Part shown: positions 57,218 through 64,000 of the stretch, piece by piece
Layout: every line of letters begins with the position of its first letter
How positions within the stretch are numbered: the stretch's first letter is position 1
NCBI GenBank assembly: GCA_040752415.1
Contig: JBFMGU010000005.1
Span: 2,988-66,987, forward strand
Reading direction: 5' to 3'
DNA length: 64,000 nucleotides
From: Myxococcota bacterium
Lineage (GTDB): Bacteria; Myxococcota; JACRCW01
Translations under genes and position numbers: made by a program
The notes under the pieces: generated by a model
Seen by the model: the letters and a program-made list of their open reading frames with translations, nothing else
Database searches by the model: none
Told to the model about the DNA's origin: nothing

Positions 57218-60200
57218 TCACTCCGGCGCGCTGTCGTAGGTGCTCAGCGGTTGCCCCGCCCCGTTCTCGCCACCCAACACGAACAGCGTGCTGAAGATTC
57301 TCTCACGGCTGAAGAAGAGGCGCGTGGAGGAGAGGCCGGAGCCGCTCACGGAGTCCTGCTTGTGCAACAGGTCGTCGCTTTCCCACTGCGCGTCGGCCGG
57401 TGCGTCGGAGCACTGCGTGGCCAGCGGGATGGACGCGGGAATGCAGACGCTGGCGCGGTCCATCTTCTGTCCGCCGGTCTGGACGTTCCCGCCCATGACG
57501 TAGAGGAAGTTGAAGTACAGCAGGCCCTCCACGCCGTAGCCGCTGGCGTTGAAGCCGTTGCTTGGCACCGCCACCTTCAACCAGTCGCCCAGCGTCCCGT
57601 CGGGGTGGACGAACACCATCTCACCGTAGGGGCGCGTGGCGTCCGCGTTGTGCGCCGAGCCTTCCGGAATCACCTGCTCGTTGCCGTTGCCATCCACGCC
57701 GTACGCGCCAGCCACCGCCATGAGGAAGACCTCCTCGTTGTTGGTGTCGCCACCCACATAGGCCCATTGGCCGGTGGGAATGAACGCGGCAATGCAGGGC
57801 ACGTCGGTGCCGTCACAGTCCTCGTCGATGCCGTTGCTGCACTGGCCCTGCGCGGGGTTGGGACTCTCGAACGAGCCGGGGTTGATGAACACGTTCTGGT
57901 CGTTGCAGTCGGTGCCGCCGCACTCCGGTCGACGGAACTCGTCGCCATCCTGGTCCGCAATGGCGGGGTTGGTGCAGTCCACGGGCGGACCGGCGTCGGG
58001 TGTGCCGGCGTCGGGGGTGATGCCCGCGTCGGGCGGGACGCCGGCGTCGGGGAGCTGGCAGACCTCGTCGCCACCCACGCAATCATTGTCCACCCCGTCG
58101 CCGCAGACCTCGAGCGCGGCGGGGTTCACGGCGGCGTTGTTGTCGTCGCAGTCAAAGCCTTGGCACGCCACGCTGCGGAAGCCGTCTCCGTCGAGATCCG
58201 GGTTCTGGCACACGTCATTGACGACGGGGTTGGAGGCACACGTCAACGACTCCCGCGCCGTGGCGTTGGAGAGCAACGCAAAGTGCGCACGCGGTGTGAT
58301 CATGTCCTTGCCGGCCAGCGGCTCCCAGTCGAGGTGTCCGGTGGCGGAGAGCACCGCGTGCTCGAGGTCAGCGAGGGTGGTGCCGGTGGGCCCATCACGA
58401 CCGCCCGCGACATAGTAGTGGACGGCGTCGACGGTGTTGCCGAGCGGGACGCGGACGATCTCGAAGCCCATGCGCGCGCTGGTGAGGCTGCTCTGGGAGT
58501 CCACCTGGAAGCGCGAGAGCGAGCCACGCGGCAGCGGCGCCTCACCGGTCACTGGCAGCGTGGTCTGCGGGCTGATGCTTCCGTCGTCGATGAGCTCCGT
58601 CCCCGTGACCTCGCCGATCAGCGTGGTGGCGCGCGCAGCGTCGTCGGCGGTGCTGGGGATGCTGGGGGTTCCGGTGCGGTACACGCGGTAGGCCTGCGCG
58701 CCGGGCACCGGCGACCAGGACACACGCAGCGTGAGGTTGGTGCCATCCGCCTGTCCCACGGCGGCGGGACCCGCAGGGACTTCCACCGTCGAGAGTCCGT
58801 CGGAGTGAACAGCGGAGACGCGGTAGCCGTAGAAGCCCAGCGCGAGCGTCCCGCCAGCCTGCGCCTGCACCGAGACACCACCGGGCGACGCACCCGCCGC
58901 CCCCACGCCCGTGTCCGTGTACTGCAGGAGACCGGGCCGACCCGGGACCGCGGTGCCGAGCGCGCCGTAGTCAATGAGGACGACGCTGCCGGGTCCCGCG
59001 CCGGGTGCGGGCGAACGATACACGCGGTAACCCACCGCCTGCGGAAACGCCTCGAAGACCAGCGTCAGCGCCCCACCCTCGTCGGCGCGGCCGTTCACGG
59101 GACGGGAAGCAAGGCCTTCACCGGCGAAGCGCTCACCGGCGTCGGGGAGGATGGCGGCGATCTTGTAGTGGAAGCGACCCTCCGGCAGGGAGCCCACGCC
59201 GTCCTCCGCCACGTAACCCGCGCCCGGCGCAGTGGCCGCCGTGAGCAGCGTGGCGCGCTCGGTGCTGGTGAGCGCGGTGTTGGTGCCGTCCATGCCACCG
59301 ACGACGAAGACCCAGTTGCCCGCGGACAGCACCTGCGCGCCGAGGCGGGCCGTGGTCAGCCGGTTGGGCACGCGCGTTCCATCGTCAGCGGCGGTGTACA
59401 AGACCTCGAACGGGGAGAGCTTGCCAAAGGGTGTGATGGTGGCGCGCTCGACCTCGAGGACGGGTCCCACCGGATCCGCGGAGCCCGCGGGCCGACCCCG
59501 GCCACCGGCCACGACGAGCGAAGCGCCGCACACATCGTCAAAATAGACGGCGCTGTCATGGCGGGAGCGCCCGTACACCAGGCTCTGCGAGGGATCCGAC
59601 GCCGTGAACTCGCCGAGCTTGCCACTGTCATTGGAGTAGATGTGGAGCGAGGCAAAGTCGCCGTACTGCCCGTCGCCATTGGTGACCCGCACGAGGAAGA
59701 ACGTGCCCGCGCCAAGCGAACAGGGCGCGGCGGCGGCGAAGTCCGGCGTGGCGTGCAGCTCATCCACGTCGACGAACGTGGTGCCCACCACCGGGCACAC
59801 CGTGCCATCCGCGGCAATCAGGGACACCGTGGCGTCGGAAGAGAAGTCCTGGCCGTAGACCTTCAGCGGCGGAGGGAAGCCCGGCGCGGGACGACCGGGG
59901 TCGATGCCGGTGACACGCGGCGGCGGGATGTTGCGCACCTCCACGGTGCCACGAACGGTACGCGTGCCGTTGGCGTCGGTGATGGTGACCAGCCAGGAGG
60001 CGGCCTGGCCGTCGGGATTGAGCAGCGTGACGAAGTAGCGGCCCAGCGGCATGCGGGATGACTCGCTGGGGAACACCGTCACGGCGGTGGTGGTGGAGAG
60101 CACGCGCGTATCCGGCGACTCGAAAGGCGCGATGCCGGGCTGGTCAAAGGCCACGAACTCGACGGACGCGCCGTCCAGGAAGCCCGTGCCGGTCAGGGTC

Positions 60201-61096
60201 AGCTCGCGGTCGCTCAGCACACCGTCGGTGAGGTCACCCTTGTACGCGAACGCGGGATTCACGTTGGTGAGCGTGGGCGGCGGGGACACGGTGACGCGGA
60301 AGGCGTCGGGGACCTGCACCGTCTCCGCGCCCTGGGTCACCGTGACGTCGTAGAGTCCCTCCGCGCGGGAGAGGTCCTGCAGCAGCACCACGGTGAGCTG
60401 CGTGCCCTCCGCGTTGGCGGTGCCCACGAGGTCAAAGTCGCCGCCGACGGGGTCGGGCTCGTCGCGGTGCTCGAAGTGCACGGTGGCGCCCGTCTCCAGC
60501 AACGTGCCGAAGATGACCACGGTGGTGTCTTCCCCGCGGTACGCCGCCGACGGAATCATGCGCGTGGCGGAGAGCACGGGGGGGACATAGGCGTCGGGAA
60601 CGCCCGCGTCGGTGGGAGCGCCGGAGGAGCCGGTGCCGCCGCTGGACAGGGTTCCCGACGACGCGCCGCCGCTGCCCGAGCCGCTGGCGCCGGAGGAGCC
60701 ACCGCTGCCGGAGCCGCTGGCGCCGGAGGAGCCGCTGCTTCCCGATCCGCTGACGCCCGAGGACGATCCCCCGCTGCTGACGCCGGAGGAGGAACCGTTG
60801 CTGCCGCTGGCTCCCGAGCTGGATGAGCCGTTGCTGCCGCTGGCTCCCGAGCTGGACGAGCCGTTGCTGCCACTGGCTCCCGAGCTGGACGAGCCGTTGC
60901 TGCCGCTGTCTCCCGAGCTGGACGACGAGCCGGAGGCCCCCGACGACGACGACGACGACTCTCCTCCCGACGAGGACCCGGATCCCGCCGTGCCGGCGTC
61001 CTCATCCTCACCACCCAGGGGACCGCCACCACACTGACAAGCAGACAACGCCATCAAGAGCGCCACGGACCACGACGCCGCCGTACGAATTCGCAT
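57218..61096 (-). CDS. Giant surface (lipo)protein, paralog A, with a long Ser/Gly linker
   Basis: ACQC after a signal peptide; same domain order as 53458..57102; both end YDSAPE. Confidence 0.8.
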   Translation of the reverse strand: MRIRTAASWSVALLMALSACQCGGGPLGGEDEDAGTAGSGSSSGGESSSSSSGASGSSSSSGDSGSNGSSSSGASGSNGSSSSGASGSNGSSSSGASGSNGSSSGVSSGGSSSGVSGSGSSGSSGASGSGSGGSSGASGSGSGGASSGTLSSGGTGSSGAPTDAGVPDAYVPPVLSATRMIPSAAYRGEDTTVVIFGTLLETGATVHFEHRDEPDPVGGDFDLVGTANAEGTQLTVVLLQDLSRAEGLYDVTVTQGAETVQVPDAFRVTVSPPPTLTNVNPAFAYKGDLTDGVLSDRELTLTGTGFLDGASVEFVAFDQPGIAPFESPDTRVLSTTTAVTVFPSESSRMPLGRYFVTLLNPDGQAASWLVTITDANGTRTVRGTVEVRNIPPPRVTGIDPGRPAPGFPPPLKVYGQDFSSDATVSLIAADGTVCPVVGTTFVDVDELHATPDFAAAAPCSLGAGTFFLVRVTNGDGQYGDFASLHIYSNDSGKLGEFTASDPSQSLVYGRSRHDSAVYFDDVCGASLVVAGGRGRPAGSADPVGPVLEVERATITPFGKLSPFEVLYTAADDGTRVPNRLTTARLGAQVLSAGNWVFVVGGMDGTNTALTSTERATLLTAATAPGAGYVAEDGVGSLPEGRFHYKIAAILPDAGERFAGEGLASRPVNGRADEGGALTLVFEAFPQAVGYRVYRSPAPGAGPGSVVLIDYGALGTAVPGRPGLLQYTDTGVGAAGASPGGVSVQAQAGGTLALGFYGYRVSAVHSDGLSTVEVPAGPAAVGQADGTNLTLRVSWSPVPGAQAYRVYRTGTPSIPSTADDAARATTLIGEVTGTELIDDGSISPQTTLPVTGEAPLPRGSLSRFQVDSQSSLTSARMGFEIVRVPLGNTVDAVHYYVAGGRDGPTGTTLADLEHAVLSATGHLDWEPLAGKDMITPRAHFALLSNATARESLTCASNPVVNDVCQNPDLDGDGFRSVACQGFDCDDNNAAVNPAALEVCGDGVDNDCVGGDEVCQLPDAGVPPDAGITPDAGTPDAGPPVDCTNPAIADQDGDEFRRPECGGTDCNDQNVFINPGSFESPNPAQGQCSNGIDEDCDGTDVPCIAAFIPTGQWAYVGGDTNNEEVFLMAVAGAYGVDGNGNEQVIPEGSAHNADATRPYGEMVFVHPDGTLGDWLKVAVPSNGFNASGYGVEGLLYFNFLYVMGGNVQTGGQKMDRASVCIPASIPLATQCSDAPADAQWESDDLLHKQDSVSGSGLSSTRLFFSRERIFSTLFVLGGENGAGQPLSTYDSAPE
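60795..60926. repeat. 33-bp coding tandem repeat x4 (GSNGSSSSGAS)
   Basis: CCGTTGCTGCCGCTGGCTCCCGAGCTGGA(T/C)GAG repeated. Confidence 0.85.
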
Positions 61097-61191
61097 GTCA
61101 CTCCTCCCGAAGCGCAGGGAGGCTTAGCTCATCCGTCGACGCGGTTCAAAAGGCGATTCGCAGCGTGTGGGTGTCTGAAGCACCCCGGCAC

Positions 61192-62544
61192 TCAGCTCTT
61201 GAGGCCAAATGCCTCGGCGAGCAACTCGGTGTGCAGCGCGCCGCTGCGGAACACGTCGGACCCGACCACCCGTTCGTGCAGGCTGATGTTGGTCTTGATG
61301 CCCTCGATCTTGAGCTGCTTGAGGGCGCCGAGCATGCGCTCGATGGCCTGGTTGCGGTCGGTGCCGTGGGTGATGAGCTTCATGACCAGGGAGTCGTAGA
61401 ACGGGCTCACCACGCTGCCCTGCTCCACGCCGTGGTCGACGCGAATGCCAGGCCCTTCCGGGATGGTGAGGGCGGTGATGGTGCCGGGCGAGGGAAGGAA
61501 TCGCTTTTCCGGGTCCTCGGCGCAGATGCGCGCCTCCAGCGCGTGGCCCTGGATGCGGAGCGAGGCGGGATCGAACGGCAGCGGCTCACCGCAGGCCACG
61601 CGCAGCTGGGCTTCCACCAGGTCCACGCCGAGCACCATCTCCGTGACGGGATGCTCCACCTGGAGGCGCGCGTTCACCTCGAGGAAGAAGAACTCGCGCG
61701 TGTTCCCGTCGACGATGAACTCCACCGTTCCCGCGTTGCGGTACCCGGCGGACTCGCCCGCGCGCACCGCGGCTTCCGCCATCTTCAGGCGCATCTCCGG
61801 CGTGACCACGGGGCTGGGCGCCTCCTCCAGCACCTTCTGGTGACGACGCTGCACGGAGCACTCCCGCTCGAACAGCGCGTGCACCTTGCCGCTCGCGTCG
61901 CCGACGATCTGCACCTCCACGTGGCGCGGCCGCTCGATGAGGCGCTCGATGAAGACGTGGGAGCGACCGAAGAACTGCTCACCCTTCTTGCGCGCGTCGG
62001 AGAAGTTCTTGCGCAGGTCCGCTTCCGTCTTGCAGCGGTGCATGCCGATGCCGCCGCCACCCGCCGACGCCTTGAGCATGACGGGGAAGCCGATCTTGGT
62101 GGCCTCCGCCACGGCGTGGTCCTCGCTCTCCAGCACGCCAATGAAGCCGGGCACCACGGGAACGCCGGCGCTGGAGACGTTGCGCTTGGCCTCGATCTTG
62201 TCACCCAGCTTGTGCATGGCGGAGGGCGGCGGGCCGATGAAGACGAGACCCGCGTCCATCACCTGCTGCGCGAAGGTGGCGTTCTCCGAGAGGAAGCCGT
62301 AGCCGGGATGGATGGCCTCCGCGCCGGTCTGGCGCGCAGCGTCGAGGATGGCCTGCGCGTTGAGGTAGCTCTCCCGGGGCGGCGGCGGGCCAATGCGCAC
62401 GGATTCGTCGGCGTCCTTGACGAAGGGCGCGGTGGCGTCGACGTCGGAGTACACGGCCACGGTGCGCACGCCCAGCTTCTTGGCGGTGCGGATGACGCGA
62501 CGGGCAATCTCGCCACGGTTGGCAACCAGGATCTTCTTGAACAT
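61192..62544 (-). CDS. accC: Biotin carboxylase subunit (acetyl/acyl-CoA carboxylase)
   Basis: KILVANRGEIA, HPGYGFLSEN, GGGGIGM, RECSVQRRHQK, RLQVEHPVTE. Confidence 0.9.
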   Translation of the reverse strand: MFKKILVANRGEIARRVIRTAKKLGVRTVAVYSDVDATAPFVKDADESVRIGPPPPRESYLNAQAILDAARQTGAEAIHPGYGFLSENATFAQQVMDAGLVFIGPPPSAMHKLGDKIEAKRNVSSAGVPVVPGFIGVLESEDHAVAEATKIGFPVMLKASAGGGGIGMHRCKTEADLRKNFSDARKKGEQFFGRSHVFIERLIERPRHVEVQIVGDASGKVHALFERECSVQRRHQKVLEEAPSPVVTPEMRLKMAEAAVRAGESAGYRNAGTVEFIVDGNTREFFFLEVNARLQVEHPVTEMVLGVDLVEAQLRVACGEPLPFDPASLRIQGHALEARICAEDPEKRFLPSPGTITALTIPEGPGIRVDHGVEQGSVVSPFYDSLVMKLITHGTDRNQAIERMLGALKQLKIEGIKTNISLHERVVGSDVFRSGALHTELLAEAFGLKS

Positions 62545-62661
62545 GCGGAACGCTCCGGAAAAAGGCCGCGTGGTTCTGCTTCTGACAGGGCCGGCGGTCA
62601 AGGCGCAGCGTAACGGGGCGCGGAGGGGTATATGGAGCCGCCTTGAATGGAAGGACCCTGA

Positions 62662-63120
62662 ATGCCCATCACCATCCAGAAACGGTTCCACTGGCACATG
62701 GCGCACCGGCTGCCCGACCACGGCGGTCATTGTCGCAACCTGCACGGACACACCTACAGCGTGGAGTTGAGCGTGGCGCACGGCGCGGGCGTGCAGTCAG
62801 CCGGTCCGCAGCGCGGCATGGTGGCGGACTTCTCCGTGCTCTCCGACGTGGTCAAGGAAGTGGTGATGGAGCCGCTGGACCACGCGCTGATGTGGTGGGA
62901 GGGCGACGCGCTGCTCAGCGAGATTGCCGCGCGCATGGCGAGGGAGACGCCCCCGCTGAAGATGGTGCGCACGCCGTTCACGACGACGGCCGAGAACATC
63001 TGCGCCTACCTTGCGCCCCGGCTGCAGGCCGCGCTGCACGCGCGTGACCCCGTGCTGACGCTGACGCGGGTGGACGTGTGGGAAACGCAGACCTCGTGCG
63101 CCACGTGGACGCCGAGGTGA
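62662..63120 (+). CDS. queD: 6-carboxytetrahydropterin synthase (PTPS family)
   Basis: AHRL...CRNLHGHTY, LDH, TAENI, WET. Confidence 0.88.
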   Translation: MPITIQKRFHWHMAHRLPDHGGHCRNLHGHTYSVELSVAHGAGVQSAGPQRGMVADFSVLSDVVKEVVMEPLDHALMWWEGDALLSEIAARMARETPPLKMVRTPFTTTAENICAYLAPRLQAALHARDPVLTLTRVDVWETQTSCATWTPR

Positions 63121-63163
63121 CGTCCTGACGCCCGCGAATCCCGAGCGCCGACACATGCCGCCT

Positions 63164-63194
63164 TTGACAGGTTACCGCCTTACCCATAGTAAGG
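63164..63194 (+). promoter_or_regulatory. Sigma70 promoter and autoregulatory operator of the TA operon
   Basis: TTGACA at 63164-63169; palindrome CCTTAC-CCATA-GTAAGG (63178-63194) overlapping the -10 region and RBS. Confidence 0.65.
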
Positions 63195-63198
63195 AGGC

Positions 63199-63447
63199 AT
63201 GTCCAAAGCGACCATGACCTCGAAGAATCAGCTCACGGTCCCCGAGGAGGTGCGCCGCACGCTTCACCTCGCGCCGGGCGACCGGTTGACGTTTGATTGT
63301 GGTGACGACGGACGCGTGGTGGTGACGAAGGATTCCCCCGCCGCTGAGGAATTGTTCCAGCGCCTCAAGGTTTCCAAGCGTCTCTCCGACCGGGAGCTCC
63401 GCGACGCGCGCAAGGAGGCATGGGGGTCGGGGCGTGCGCGCGATTGA
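63199..63447 (+). CDS. AbrB/MazE/SpoVT family antitoxin
   Basis: MTSKNQLTVPEEVRRTLHLAPGDRL. Confidence 0.9.
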   Translation: MSKATMTSKNQLTVPEEVRRTLHLAPGDRLTFDCGDDGRVVVTKDSPAAEELFQRLKVSKRLSDRELRDARKEAWGSGRARD

Positions 63448-63844
63448 TACCAACGTTCTCATCCGATACCTGGTGCGGGAACCGCGCGGCTCAGCGGTGG
63501 CCAAGCAGGTCCTGGAGTTGGTGGTCCGGCATCGGGACTCGGGCAGAGCGCTGCTGGTGCCAATCCCCGTGGTGATTGAAGCCATGTACGTCCTGACCCA
63601 GCACTACGACGTGCCGAAGGCGGACGCGATCCTGGCGCTGGAGGATTGCACCCGAACCCTGCCCTTCTTCTTCGAAAGCGAGGACGTCGTCCGCGGCGCA
63701 CTGAAGGACTATCGCGCGGGGACGGCTGATTTCGCCGACTACATGATCCGCCGCGTGGCGCTTGCCAGCGCGGACGAGCTGGTAAGTCTCGACGAGAAGC
63801 AGCTCAAGGCGCCGCGCGTCGTGCACCCTCGCAACGCACGGTGA
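63434..63844 (+). CDS. vapC: PIN-domain toxin (VapC family)
   Basis: IDTNVLIRYL...E...ADFADYMI...SLD; overlaps the antitoxin. Confidence 0.9.
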   Translation: MRAIDTNVLIRYLVREPRGSAVAKQVLELVVRHRDSGRALLVPIPVVIEAMYVLTQHYDVPKADAILALEDCTRTLPFFFESEDVVRGALKDYRAGTADFADYMIRRVALASADELVSLDEKQLKAPRVVHPRNAR

Positions 63845-64000
63845 GAGGTCACGGCGGCAGCACGTAACCCGTCTGCAATGGACCGAACGGCACCGAGGGA
63901 CGCTCACCCAACGCGTACCGACGAAGCAGGTCCCGTCGCGCCTCCAGCTCCCTGGTGTAGAACGGACTGCGTGTGCGGTCCTCCGCGGTCTGCACAAACG

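Overview
High-GC bacterial chromosomal window, most likely Myxococcota (inferred from the Ser/Thr kinase, FHA proteins, DAG/DGG-linker lipoproteins and MopE-type Cys repeats). 0.5-13.6 kb is a molybdoenzyme/sulfur island. It holds a SorAB-like sulfite dehydrogenase pair converging on a tightly coupled 10-gene operon: ArsR-rhodanese regulator, periplasmic double rhodanese with an unusual CX5R loop, YeeE/YedE transporter, a 43-aa membrane peptide, a membrane-anchored rhodanese-fold protein, the alpha/beta/gamma subunits of a Tat-exported type II DMSO-reductase-family enzyme, a small secreted protein and Mrp/ApbC. Two otherwise unrelated small proteins of this operon share a C-terminal (K/P)PKPGAxxGCL tail resembling a SoxY-type swinging arm. 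This operon is the best candidate for an undescribed system. 13.6-26.5 kb is a Thauera-type anaerobic aromatic degradation cluster (hcrCAB; had-oah-dch-tetR-bcrCBAD-hemerythrin). The remainder is mixed housekeeping and accessory DNA: nadB, MscS, CBS, nrdJ, accC, queD, a zeta-toxin-like three-gene unit, two paralogous giant Kelch/IPT/MopE surface proteins, a VapBC-type toxin-antitoxin pair and several REP/MITE-like palindromic repeats. No rRNA, tRNA, CRISPR array or transposase was recognised. All calls come from motif recognition by eye; no database searches were run.
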